The notes under the pieces were generated by a model. That model was not told where the DNA came from and did not search any database. It saw nothing but the letters and a program-made list of their open reading frames with translations. The position numbers and the translations under genes are program-made. A stretch of 58,882 bases of DNA from Bacteroidota bacterium (GTDB taxonomy: Bacteria; Bacteroidota; Bacteroidia; Bacteroidales; FEN-979), in NCBI GenBank assembly GCA_037139685.1, contig JBAXFZ010000001.1, positions 1 to 58,882 of the forward strand. Direction: 5' to 3'. Every line of letters begins with the position of its first letter. Position 1 is the first letter of the stretch. This document shows, one piece after another, positions 26,001-34,795 of the stretch.

Positions 26001-27897
26001 GTCCGCTGCCTCCGCTGTATTTAAGCGTGCCGCCGGATCCATAGGAAATGACGCCTCCGCTTAAGGCAAAGGCTCCGTTTGACAGGATAAGCGAATCAAT
26101 AACCGAAAGATTGCCCGTCATGGTAATGGTAGCGCCGGAACGGTTAAGGGTCAGCGTACTCAACCCGTTAAGGACCCCGGGTAAACTTGTACTGCCGGAA
26201 CCGGTGAAGCTAAGGGAGGAGCCGGACCCTCCCGTGATGCTGCCCGAGGTTTTACTGATCGACGCGCTGTTTAATGTCAGCAGGTTCGGGCCGATAGTTA
26301 AAGCCCCGCTGGTAAGGTACAGGGTTCCCGTGATTGTTCTGCCAAAAGAGGATGGAAGTGAAATTCCATTTGAATTGTTGATGATCACATTGGGCGGGCC
26401 GGCTGATGAAGGCCATTCTGCTGAAGTGGCAGTCTGGCCGGCTCCTCCCTTGTATTCCAGGATGGCATTTGACCCGAAGGTTATGGTCCCCGATATTGAG
26501 CTGTTGGCGGAGGCGCTGCTGGTAAGGGTAAGTTTGTTGTTTATGGCGACAGAGCCGTTTGTCAGGGAGAGGGTGGTGGCGTTGCTTAAGCTACCCACCG
26601 TAACAGTTCCGTTCTGGGTTGTCTGGAATCCGTTTCCTGACGACTGGGATCCGTTATAATAATAAAAATAATTGGCCGAATTGCTGTATGTTTTGGTTCC
26701 TGTGACCTGCACGCACCCGGTATTTGCCGTTGTTGAAACCCCCTGCGTATGCATGGTTTTCAGGCCGCTCCCGGCCGCAAGCAGGAAATAGCCACCGGAA
26801 CTGTTATCAATGATGCTGCTCCCCATATCGAGGGTAGAGCCATTGGTTACCTCGAAATTGATTCTCTGGTAATAGTTGCCCCCTGATTTGGCATAGGTTT
26901 GCGTTGCCCCGTTTTTGTTGAACCGGAAGGTACAGCTGCCGCTGCCCGGGCATGATATGGTCCCGCCGCCGAAGGTGAAATTTCCTCCGATCATGATGGT
27001 GTCGTGGCCGGAGGTGTATGCCGGATCAAAGGTCCCGCCGTTCTGGACATAGTTCCCGTCAATCGTCCAGTTAACGCTTCCCGATTGAGTCAGTTCAATA
27101 ACCCCGGTCCCGGTGCTTTCAAGGGTGAAATTTCCATGAACCTCCCCGAAGGTTCCCAGGTTGAAAAAATCGTTCTGGCCGGTGCAATTCCAGGTGAAAT
27201 TCCAGAAGTCCTGGTTCAGGTTTGTAACGTAACTGCTGGTGCATCCGTAAATTTCACAGGATGATCCCGAATTCCAGACTCCATCCGGCAACGCGCCGCC
27301 ATTGCGGTAATGTTTGTAGTGAGAACCGTCGTAGAAGTATAGACTCCCCGAAATCGTAAAGGCATCGTATGCATTGACCGTTCCGTTCACATTCATCGTT
27401 CCCGAAACCGATGCTGATCCGTCAAGCTGGAGGGTGCCGTTTATATACATGACACCGGAGACGGTCATTGAGCCGTTGATATCCAGGGTTCCGTAAACAT
27501 AGGTGGTGGCTGAAGATGTAATAGAGCCATTATCGGTGAGGTTCCCGTAAATGTAAAGCGTCCCGTCCTGCGAAAGGTCTGTTCCCGACCCGTTGTAGAG
27601 AGTAAGGGTAATGCCGTTATTGAGGGTAACGGTCCCTCCATAGTTGATATCGACCTGGTCAAGGATGATATCTGCGGTAATGGTGACCGAGTGGCCGTTA
27701 AGAATGTCGATGCTTCCATTCAGGTAGGTGGGAAAGCTGGTGGCGTTCTGCCATCCGCTTTGGTAAACCTGCCAGATCGAGGGGTCGTTCCAGTTCCCGC
27801 TGGCTTTGGTCCGGTAATCACCATTTGCCGCACTAACTCCGGGGTGTTGGAATAACAGGATTACAAGGATACTCCAACCAATGAGATGTTTAAGCAT
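23083..27897 (-). CDS. giant secreted beta-helix-type repeat protein (1604 aa)
   Basis: The signal peptide is MLKHLIGWSILVILLFQHPGVSA (ATG 27897; the track start at 27930 is TTG). It carries many ~75-aa repeats of the form G.L.L.SG.LSIGSNTLTLNG.....SGSL.GG.SSN..FGG.G....LP.V.LN.LT.NR.AG. I recognise no T9SS or exosortase-type C-terminal signal. Confidence 0.85.
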   Translation of the reverse strand: MLKHLIGWSILVILLFQHPGVSAANGDYRTKASGNWNDPSIWQVYQSGWQNATSFPTYLNGSIDILNGHSVTITADIILDQVDINYGGTVTLNNGITLTLYNGSGTDLSQDGTLYIYGNLTDNGSITSSATTYVYGTLDINGSMTVSGVMYINGTLQLDGSASVSGTMNVNGTVNAYDAFTISGSLYFYDGSHYKHYRNGGALPDGVWNSGSSCEIYGCTSSYVTNLNQDFWNFTWNCTGQNDFFNLGTFGEVHGNFTLESTGTGVIELTQSGSVNWTIDGNYVQNGGTFDPAYTSGHDTIMIGGNFTFGGGTISCPGSGSCTFRFNKNGATQTYAKSGGNYYQRINFEVTNGSTLDMGSSIIDNSSGGYFLLAAGSGLKTMHTQGVSTTANTGCVQVTGTKTYSNSANYFYYYNGSQSSGNGFQTTQNGTVTVGSLSNATTLSLTNGSVAINNKLTLTSSASANSSISGTITFGSNAILEYKGGAGQTATSAEWPSSAGPPNVIINNSNGISLPSSFGRTITGTLYLTSGALTIGPNLLTLNSASISKTSGSITGGSGSSLSFTGSGSTSLPGVLNGLSTLTLNRSGATITMTGNLSVIDSLILSNGAFALSGGVISYGSGGTLKYSGGSGQTTANAEFPASGGPRNLVIKNASGVTLHAGRSLDGTLYLSNGALSIGSGNTLTLNRDINIGSGSLTGGSSSNLTIGDYSSPITLPAISGGLNNLTVNRPAGTSLGASLTIAATLTLSAGALSIGSTTLTLNGQLSKTSGSLNGGASSNIIAGGGNAISLDLPQVTLNNLTMNRPAGGIRQTGNITVSGTMTVSGGVLNNNGWTFAYGSSGTLKYNGSLSQTTSGSEFPVASGPFNLFIDNAISVGLHADRAIAGTLTLNSGQFSIGAHTLTLNGSITQNSGASLSGGASSNIIFGENGSGTSLPAVELNNLTIHRSGGVVLGGNVTTGGTLTLELGTLSLGSTTLTVNGALTQTSGALGGGASAKMIFGGGGGWTSLPAVTLFDLEINRPAGIKMSGLVTVGDNLTLTSGSFSIESNTLNVNGAITYAGGSLSGGNSSNLSFGGSGAGTNLQSVVLNNLTINRAAGIGLAGDVTTGGTLFLQSGSLSINSNTLTLNGGISNSSSPGLVGGSSSNITFGGTGSSTDLPSVSLHDLSINRAAGIALGGSVTVNGTLFLTSGDLAISSNTLTINGDVSYTSGLVGGSSSNLLFGGSGSAAVLKAISLNSLTLNRPAGLDLTDSVTVYGQFTLMNGQIRRNSFRLYGPAATLRYNYGTTQTTSEEELPGTGGPYSVMIDMMNNSDKMNLHADKTMRGDLVLTRGVLAIGAHTLTLDGMIIPGMGSLEGGITSNIVFEGSSGSTQLPQVIVNDLTINRSHGITMNGDVTVFGTLSLNAGPLAVNSFTLELDGGPVSGNQANLQTSTSSGLYFGGNATGITIPSAVTQLGRLRAANPNGIQMTTNLMVSTSVVVANYLVCGDKSIHGNASFYMASNSKLAVGHPLGISGTISLSGPKIIWSDTDFEFTGTVDQQTHFLPTMTPGTVRNLVISNSNNSVVSLTENMTFTGDVVIMPQSKFRIVPSIGCAIQGNLLMQPE

Positions 27898-28000
27898 AAG
27901 ACCTCCCTTCCTGCTAAGAATAAGGTCCAAAAGTTACTAAATTTTCAGGTAAAAGTCAATACCTGAACAGATTAAAACCTTGCCTGCCTGGTCAACACCC

Positions 28001-28618
28001 TTAATTTCCAGGTTCACCTTTTAGTTTTTTCCTTCCCCCTCTGAAATCATCAACCCGGAATGTTACCAGGAGCCAGATGGCCACGACAAAATAAAGCAGG
28101 GTACTTGAAGATACACAAATAATGTTGTAGCTGTATTTGAACAGCTTTTCACTGAGACCCGTAAAATTCGGCAGTTGCAGCCAGGAATTTTGTTCACTGT
28201 GCCATAACAGGGCTATCCATTGTTTGAAGATGACCAGGATTGTTATCATCAGAAAACCGGCAGCAAAGGCTACGGCCCTTCTTTTCCATGGGACAGGAGA
28301 TGCGAGTACCAGGGAAACCAGCAGGATTGTAGGGATAAATCCCAGGTAGCGCGTATTGATAAACCGTTCGAGTGTTAGGGTGGTCTTGTCGGGTTTAACC
28401 TGGGCGTAATTGCCGATGAGGAGATGGGTCATGGCCGGGTCATCCATTTCCCTGAACATGGCAAAGCCTGTCCCATTGAAGGTTTCGAACGTATAACCTG
28501 CAATACTCCTGTAAAAAACCCCGTATGCCCTGTCATAGAAGGAGAGGGGTGCGCACAGCACTGTGTAAATGATGACTGCTTTCAGCAGGAACAGCAGGAG
28601 GGTTTTACTTCGCAGCAT
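28001..28618 (-). CDS. exosortase-associated membrane protein (partner of the adjacent exosortase)
   Basis: The start MLRSKTLLLFLL at 28618 overlaps the exosortase stop by 14 nt. The protein has multiple TM segments. The call rests on gene context. Confidence 0.55.
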   Translation of the reverse strand: MLRSKTLLLFLLKAVIIYTVLCAPLSFYDRAYGVFYRSIAGYTFETFNGTGFAMFREMDDPAMTHLLIGNYAQVKPDKTTLTLERFINTRYLGFIPTILLVSLVLASPVPWKRRAVAFAAGFLMITILVIFKQWIALLWHSEQNSWLQLPNFTGLSEKLFKYSYNIICVSSSTLLYFVVAIWLLVTFRVDDFRGGRKKLKGEPGN

Positions 28619-29189
28619 CCCGGACCTCCCTTCGTGACCATTTGATCCAGAAAATCCACAACCCGATCGCCACAATAATGAAAATCGCCTGCCATACCTC
28701 CACATGCATGAACTCAAATATTTTCGGGTACTTCAGGCCTATATAGAAAAGCGATATGATTCTCACGATATTGAGCATAAAGAGCAGGGCAACCCCTGCC
28801 AGGACTCCCATTATTTTGAACTTCCATGCGGAGGGAAATGCCAGGATGGCTGTAGCAAACAGGGCCATTGCCTCCATACCGTCGCAGCCGCGGGCAATGC
28901 TGATCGAAAAGAAGGTTGATGCGATGACCTCCTTCGTGACTGTGGTCTTCATCCCGAAGATATTCAGGATGAAACTGGAGATGCGTGCATTCACCGAAAC
29001 GATATGAGGCTGAATGCCGGTTTGAAAGAAATCAGAAAGCCAGCAGAGATAAAAGAGGATCATCAAAACGGCAAATCCCAGGACAAAAAAAAGGACCGGT
29101 AATTTTTGCAGCCACTGTGAGCGTGCTCTGTTGAGCAATGAAGGCTTTGAATTGTTGTTCTTTTTTGCTTTTTTCACTGCTTTTCCCAT
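28605..29189 (-). CDS. small exosortase family protein (XrtH-like, given the adjacent IPxLxxWG-CTERM protein; XrtF is the alternative)
   Basis: 194-aa polytopic protein. It contains ARGCDGMEAMALF (catalytic Cys region), NIVRIISLF (conserved Arg) and FMHVEVWQAIF (conserved His), the exosortase triad pattern. Confidence 0.72.
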   Translation of the reverse strand: MGKAVKKAKKNNNSKPSLLNRARSQWLQKLPVLFFVLGFAVLMILFYLCWLSDFFQTGIQPHIVSVNARISSFILNIFGMKTTVTKEVIASTFFSISIARGCDGMEAMALFATAILAFPSAWKFKIMGVLAGVALLFMLNIVRIISLFYIGLKYPKIFEFMHVEVWQAIFIIVAIGLWIFWIKWSRREVRDAAK

Positions 29190-29570
29190 GTTGTCGTTCG
29201 TGTTGGTTACCGGGATTCAACCGTTTCCCGGTCAGTTTCTGTTTGCCGTATTGCTAAGGATGCAGGTCTTCAGACCAGTTTGCACAATTATAGTATAATT
29301 TCCAGTGCAGTTCCATTAAATTTATGATTATTTATTTGATTACACACGATCATACCTGTTTCGAACAGTAAACCCTGGTCCGCCCGCAATGGCCCCTGCC
29401 CTGACCATTGATCTCTTTTACCACTGCAGCGGCAAAGGGATTCTCACTTCAGGTTCCAAAATGTGCCGGTTTAGGTGTCTTTCTGATCTGAACCCGCACA
29501 TTTAAAATCATGACATTACCAGTAAACTTCATCTGAAGAAAACCGAAGACATTTTTCTATGACTAAAACA

Positions 29571-29610
29571 ACCAGGTTTAATAATACCTGGTCAGGAGGG
29601 CAATCCTCCC
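29571..29610 (-). terminator. two short hairpins after the IPxLxxWG-CTERM gene
   Basis: The hairpins are ACCAGGT-N8-ACCTGGT and GGAGGG-CAAT-CCTCC. The U-tract on the minus strand is weak (TGTTTT). Confidence 0.3.
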
Positions 29611-29639
29611 GGCGTATTCAACTGGAAAAATGAACTTTG

Positions 29640-30566
29640 TCATGCTGAGATTTTCCATACCCCTCTCCGCATCAGGTAAACTACTCCCCCGGCCATAAGT
29701 AACAACCCCAAAAGGATCAGCCCCCAGTCGGACAGGGCAGGAATGGAGGAGCATGGTGATGGCAGCGAAATGATAGTTGCGCCAACAAATGTTGTTGTCG
29801 GATAGGATGATACATTTATTACCGAACCACCCTCATAGGTTAACACCGAACCCTGGATCCCGATCAGAGGATGCAGGCTTGGAATATAGGCATTCAGCGT
29901 AACCCCCATCCCTGTGATCACGATTGAACTTGGTGCATCGGGATGGAAGTTGCTGAGGACCTGGACGAAAATCTCCTGGCTGGTGATTGGTCCGATGGCC
30001 AGGGCCAGGTTTCCCTGCGGACAGCTGACTGCCGGGGTTCCTGTAACAGTCCATGTTGCTTCAGCAGGATCCAGCTTGAATACAATTATTGAGCCGGTGC
30101 CGTATGAATCGAAGGTGGTCATCGGGGCACCCTCCGCCCATGGGTTCTGGGTGACCGAGGCAAGTGCATAGCCTGTGCCTGTTGCCATGCAGAGTATCCA
30201 GCTGGACGGCCACCACCAGGAAGGATTCACGATTGTGACAGGCCCGCATTTAACATTTCCGCTGCCATCAACCAGCCTGACCTGGTGCCCGCAAAGCAAC
30301 GTGGCAGAGGAGGTGTTCGGGATTACGACCCGTCCATGCCCGGAGCCATCTGTTACAATATCAAACCCCGTATCAACCCAGTTCCCGCCGGCTGCATCGC
30401 TTTGCTGAACATGCAGTGTTGTGCTGGCATCGGCGCCATTGCACTCAACGACTCCTATAAACACGAGCCTTTCACCCGTCATGCTGCAATCCGCCCTGGC
30501 TTGTTGGTGCATCGAAAAAAAGCAGACTAATGCAGCAAGAAAACTAAAAAAAGTAATTCTTCTCAT
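29640..30566 (-). CDS. secreted protein with IPTLxxWG-CTERM-type sorting signal
   Basis: It has an N-terminal signal peptide. The C-terminus is SSIPALSDWGLILLGLLLMAGGVVYLMRRG, i.e. motif + TM + basic cluster, which is the tripartite PEP-CTERM-like architecture. Confidence 0.75.
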   Translation of the reverse strand: MRRITFFSFLAALVCFFSMHQQARADCSMTGERLVFIGVVECNGADASTTLHVQQSDAAGGNWVDTGFDIVTDGSGHGRVVIPNTSSATLLCGHQVRLVDGSGNVKCGPVTIVNPSWWWPSSWILCMATGTGYALASVTQNPWAEGAPMTTFDSYGTGSIIVFKLDPAEATWTVTGTPAVSCPQGNLALAIGPITSQEIFVQVLSNFHPDAPSSIVITGMGVTLNAYIPSLHPLIGIQGSVLTYEGGSVINVSSYPTTTFVGATIISLPSPCSSIPALSDWGLILLGLLLMAGGVVYLMRRGVWKISA

Positions 30567-31072
30567 CTTAACCTCCTTTTTAAATCGTTATTTACCAAAC
30601 GTATAAACTGAGAGGCTAAGCGCTGTTATATTTTATTCATGGCTGGTCTTCATGGATGACTTCAACCTGCATACCTGAATAACCGAAATGTCGCAAAAAA
30701 AATATCCTGTGTATCTGTCCTGCCGGCCAGTATGCCGGAAAGCACTGATCCCGGCTTATTGGGCTGTCGAAATTCGTTTTTTAACATCCTGATTATCTGG
30801 TTACATAACCTGCAACATGAAAAAACATAAAAACGCTAGCCAAATTCAATCACATTTCATGAATATCTTCCGGAAAAACCTGCGAACAATCAATTGAATT
30901 TTATATCCGCAGGGGACTCAGAGCAGGCAGAAAGTTACAGTAATCCGATTTTATATGTTGATTTTAAAACATTTACGAATATACGAAAAGGTTGGATAAA
31001 AGTCAAGAAAATGTCTTAAAAATCAATGCAGCCGGGGAGGAATATATTATGCGGCAACTGAGCATGGCGGTT

Positions 31073-33148
31073 TCAATTCCCCAGGGTGACAGTTCCGTAA
31101 ACCACCATCGACTTGCCCGGGTCGATGGAAAGGTTCCCGCCTGCCTGGATGGTTATATTGTGGCCAAATGTGGTGTTGATGGTGGAAATGACCGGGTGAT
31201 GGGGTGCGGCAGGGATGACCAGGTCGGAAAGGGTTGTGGGGACAACCGGCGGGCTCCAGTTGCCCGGGTTGTTCCAGTCTGAATCGATGGTGCCTCTCCA
31301 GGTTGCCGTTGAGAATTCCGTTGGTTCGGCGGTCCATATTTCCAGGGCCGGGTCACCGAAGAGGTTGCAGTCGTATTGGCACCAGCGCTGCGCTCCCGGT
31401 TCGAATTCCCCGGGCAGCCCAATCCATGGCGCGGTTTTGATTTTCGAGATCATATGAGCGGTTCCGATGTGCTTCTCGGGCAATGTGTCGTTATAGACGG
31501 CGCTGACAAATTCACGTTCCAGGTGTTCGGAGGGACCTTCGGTCGTTCCTTCGTCAAACCAGCCATAGCGTGAGTTGAAAATACCGGCGGCCAGGAAATT
31601 ATCAATTGAAACGGCCCTGGCTGCGATACACCCGCCGGGATAGTCAAAGGCACCGCAATCGCACCCCTGGGTGTACAAAAGCTCATAATTGTGGGCAATC
31701 CCGTTGACTCCCGCAAAATTGGCATTGGTGACCGACGAGATATATAGCCGCATCATGGTTGTCTGGTTTGCATGGCCCAGGTGGTGGATGAACGATTTCC
31801 CGCGGTTCAGGCTTGCCAGCAGCATCGCGGAGCTCCACTCCCAGTGATTGGCCGGGGGAGAGACCAGGGTATCATACAACTTTTCAATGATGTTGCCCGA
31901 TTGCGGGATACCATGGGTGAAATACCCATTATCGCCGTGGTTGCCGATCAGCAGGTTTATGTAGCTGCTGCCGAAGCTCAGCGGGTTGGCATACAGGTAC
32001 TCGCCCGCCATCAGGAGCCTGTTCATTTCGCCCGGCACAGGGTTGGTCTGGTAAGAGACCGTTTTATGGATCATGTGATGAAGCCCGGCCGTATCGTTTA
32101 CCGTGAAGCGGCCCACCGCCACATCGGGCAGCAGGTCCGGGTCATCGGCTTCCTCGGCATAGATATGATTCCCGTTCAGATCATAATTCCCGTCAAGCCC
32201 CGAGAAATAGAGATCGGCAGGAATCCCGTAGTCCTCGAAGACGGATCCTCCCGAATGAACATGGCAATAGAACCCGCGTGCGGGGACAAGCGGCGGATTC
32301 CCTGCCAGCAGTACATACTCAATCCCAAACTGCTGTTGCTGGGCAATGATGAAATTCCTGATCTTTTCGCAAAGGTCCCAGCCTGCAGAAGTTGCTGAAA
32401 TACTGTCGACCGTGACGACCCTCACCGAAATCCCCTTCCCTGCATACATGCTGATCACCGGCTGGAACTCATTTTTAAAAGAGGCCGGGGATATGACCAG
32501 GTACTGGTACCCGTTGACCGGTGCTTTTTTCCGCGGATAAAGGAGGCTCATTTCAGGGTTTGCCGCAAGGGATGCGGCCCTGCCGGCAGCATTTGCCGAC
32601 GGTGATATCCGGGCCAGGGCCTCCTGTGACCTGTTGTCGGAGCCGGTGCTGATTTTCACGGTCACCTCCCTGAAATAGGAGAGCCGTCTCCTCCCCGGGT
32701 TATATCTTACCGGTGTGAATGCCGAAATCGCGAAGGCATAGCCGTCCATATACTGGGTCACCAGCCTGCCGGAGGGGACTTTATAGATCCCGTAATGATT
32801 GTAAACCTTGACGTTTAATAGGAATTCGCCGGGGCTGCCCATCGATACCGGCCTGGATGGCTGCCCGGGACGGATCATGAACTCTCCCGGGATCACCTTT
32901 TCATCCCGGTATACCAGTTCTATCGACCGGGCAGCCTCCCCGGGGGGAAGCATCAGCACGATATCCTGCCAGGGTAACAGTGGCTCGCCGGGAATTCCGC
33001 GAAGTAGAGTGTGAGTAAAATTCACCGTCTGCCAAGAGGCTCCGGGTTCAATTTTATAGTCGCTGAAGTAATATGTTTTTTCAATGGTGCCGGCCGGCAG
33101 GAAAAATGGCAGGAAAACCAGCACCATGAATAACATTGTTGTTTTCAT
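31073..33148 (-). CDS. peptidase C25 (gingipain-like cysteine protease) family protein
   Basis: It has a signal peptide. It also contains YVLLAGN, IPADLYFSGLDGNYD, a His region IHHLGHANQ and a Cys region LYTQGCDCGAFD. The last ~70 aa (WNNPGNWSPPVVP...) resemble the start of a beta-helix module, and there is no T9SS CTD. Confidence 0.72.
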   Translation of the reverse strand: MKTTMLFMVLVFLPFFLPAGTIEKTYYFSDYKIEPGASWQTVNFTHTLLRGIPGEPLLPWQDIVLMLPPGEAARSIELVYRDEKVIPGEFMIRPGQPSRPVSMGSPGEFLLNVKVYNHYGIYKVPSGRLVTQYMDGYAFAISAFTPVRYNPGRRRLSYFREVTVKISTGSDNRSQEALARISPSANAAGRAASLAANPEMSLLYPRKKAPVNGYQYLVISPASFKNEFQPVISMYAGKGISVRVVTVDSISATSAGWDLCEKIRNFIIAQQQQFGIEYVLLAGNPPLVPARGFYCHVHSGGSVFEDYGIPADLYFSGLDGNYDLNGNHIYAEEADDPDLLPDVAVGRFTVNDTAGLHHMIHKTVSYQTNPVPGEMNRLLMAGEYLYANPLSFGSSYINLLIGNHGDNGYFTHGIPQSGNIIEKLYDTLVSPPANHWEWSSAMLLASLNRGKSFIHHLGHANQTTMMRLYISSVTNANFAGVNGIAHNYELLYTQGCDCGAFDYPGGCIAARAVSIDNFLAAGIFNSRYGWFDEGTTEGPSEHLEREFVSAVYNDTLPEKHIGTAHMISKIKTAPWIGLPGEFEPGAQRWCQYDCNLFGDPALEIWTAEPTEFSTATWRGTIDSDWNNPGNWSPPVVPTTLSDLVIPAAPHHPVISTINTTFGHNITIQAGGNLSIDPGKSMVVYGTVTLGN

Positions 33149-33173
33149 CTGACTATCCTCCTCGCCGTCATCT

Positions 33174-34100
33174 TCAGCTTTTCAGCATTTTTACAGTCTC
33201 CTTGACACCCTCTTCATTCGATGTTGCTTTTATCCCGAACCGATTTTCAAATTTACTGCTGTCAAATATATAATCGCGGTCATACTGGTAAAGCATCTCC
33301 GGGAATTCTTTCATAACCGGGATGAAGAGCCCTAAAACAGTAACCATAAATCCCGGCAATACCATGTATTTAGGGCTTTTACCCATCTCTTTCGCAAACA
33401 GGGCGATCCACTCCTCCCCGGTCAGGGGGTGGCTGTCGGTCGGCAGGTTCCATACCTGGTTAAAGGCGTCGGGGGTGTTTCCCAGCAAGGCTGTAGCCTT
33501 CCCGGCATCAGGGGTATAGGTAAATGAATGTTTGACCTTCGCGCTGCAAAGCCAGTTGGCCTTTTTGTTTTGCTCCAGGTTTTTATAGACCATTTCGATC
33601 AGCATGCTTTGTGCCTTGAGCGGACCGTAAAAATCGGCCGACCTGGCAATAATGGCCTTCAAAACCCCCTGTTCAACCTTGTCAAGGATGAGTTTGTCAA
33701 GGGCGGCCCGCACATCACCCTTTTTACTGGTCGGGCTGAAGGGGGAGCTCTCGGTGATGTGTTTCACCCCGTCGCCCCCGATCATGTATATATTGTCAAA
33801 AAAGACAAGTTTGGCATCGTTTTCAATGCAGGCGTCGATTACATTCTGCATCATCGGGGGCCAGAGGGCCTGCCAGACTTTTGTCTTGTATTCGAGGCCG
33901 ACTGTAAGATATACGATTTCGGAGCCCTTCACTGCGGCGAATATGTCGTCGCGGCTGGTCAGGTCGGCCCTGAAAAGGAGGTCGGTTTCGTTCACCTTTT
34001 TCGGGTTGCGGCTTACCAGCCTGATCTCTGTGGTATAGTTTATCAGTGCCCTGGCAAGTTCATTGCCTATCGCTCCGCCGGAGCCTAAAATTGTTTGCAT
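33174..34100 (-). CDS. NAD(P)-binding SDR/epimerase-like protein
   Basis: The N-terminus ILGSGGAIGNELARAL is a Rossmann glycine motif. 308 aa. Confidence 0.78.
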   Translation of the reverse strand: MQTILGSGGAIGNELARALINYTTEIRLVSRNPKKVNETDLLFRADLTSRDDIFAAVKGSEIVYLTVGLEYKTKVWQALWPPMMQNVIDACIENDAKLVFFDNIYMIGGDGVKHITESSPFSPTSKKGDVRAALDKLILDKVEQGVLKAIIARSADFYGPLKAQSMLIEMVYKNLEQNKKANWLCSAKVKHSFTYTPDAGKATALLGNTPDAFNQVWNLPTDSHPLTGEEWIALFAKEMGKSPKYMVLPGFMVTVLGLFIPVMKEFPEMLYQYDRDYIFDSSKFENRFGIKATSNEEGVKETVKMLKS

Positions 34101-34131
34101 AGTTCAGTGTTTAAATCGATTCTGTTTTTTT

Positions 34132-34166
34132 GTCACTCGTTACATGTCACGCGTCACGCGTCACGG
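34132..34166. repeat. 5-unit heptamer array (GTCACGC) in the leader of the SDR gene
   Basis: The units read GTCACTC GTTACAT GTCACGC GTCACGC GTCACGG. The array lies 32-66 nt upstream of ATG 34100. Confidence 0.9.
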
Positions 34167-34170
34167 TTTT

Positions 34171-34713
34171 TTATCCGCTGCCCAGTGCTACAAGTGTTTC
34201 AACGGTTTTCCAGTTCCTGGTTGTTGTAGTCACCTTTAATTTGCTTTCAAAAAACTGGTTGTTCAATTTTGTGTTTCCATACCCGTCGGGGCAATAAAGG
34301 TAAACCTCTTTTCCTTTGATTACAAATTCATCGGGAGGGAAATTATATTCAAGAATCTTGGTTTCCTTTGTTCTGTCGGGTGTTTCCGATAAAAAGGTAA
34401 CGTGCATCCTGTCTGAATTTCCATTCCCGTTCAAAATAAAGGGGTTGTTCAGGCTGACCAGCTTCATCTCATCAATGGTACGGATCACAACGGGGACAAC
34501 AAATCCGAAGCGGGTTAAAATTTTTCCGGCAACCCGGGCGGCCAGGTCGGCAGGGTCGTCAACTTCGCTTCCGAAAATGATATTTCCGCTTTGAATATAG
34601 GTTCGGATCCCGGTGAAACCAAGTTCTTCCAATACCCGTTTCAATTCATCCATTTTGATCATGTTATGTCCGCTCACGTTGATCCCGCGTAACAGGGCTA
34701 TGTATATTACCAT
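34171..34713 (-). CDS. DUF1697 domain protein
   Basis: The N-terminus is MVIYIALLRGINVSGHNMIKMDELKRVLEELGFTGIRTYIQSGNIIF (DUF1697 signature). I prefer ATG 34713 over the extended track start. Confidence 0.75.
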   Translation of the reverse strand: MVIYIALLRGINVSGHNMIKMDELKRVLEELGFTGIRTYIQSGNIIFGSEVDDPADLAARVAGKILTRFGFVVPVVIRTIDEMKLVSLNNPFILNGNGNSDRMHVTFLSETPDRTKETKILEYNFPPDEFVIKGKEVYLYCPDGYGNTKLNNQFFESKLKVTTTTRNWKTVETLVALGSG

Positions 34714-34795
34714 TCCAACCGGTTTATTTAATATCAAGTTAATTAAACTGCTATCCTGCTTCGTCCCTGACAGCGGCGAAGGCAGCCTGTCAATC

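Noticed and set aside
24302-26659. Four long plus-strand ORFs (140, 220, 122 and 203 aa) lie antisense to the giant repeat gene.
   Set aside because: Their products are low-complexity and Pro/Arg/Val-rich, with no motifs, and they mirror the Gly/Ser/Thr/Leu/Asn codon periodicity of the sense gene. The minus-strand ORF is uninterrupted for 1604 codons and has a signal peptide.
28605-29189. My first impression was that the small exosortase and its partner are the Bacteroidota-typical XrtF pair.
   Set aside because: The adjacent protein carries an IPALSDWG tail that matches the IPTLxxWG signal I recall being assigned to exosortase H. I call it XrtH-like, but XrtF cannot be excluded without HMM scores.
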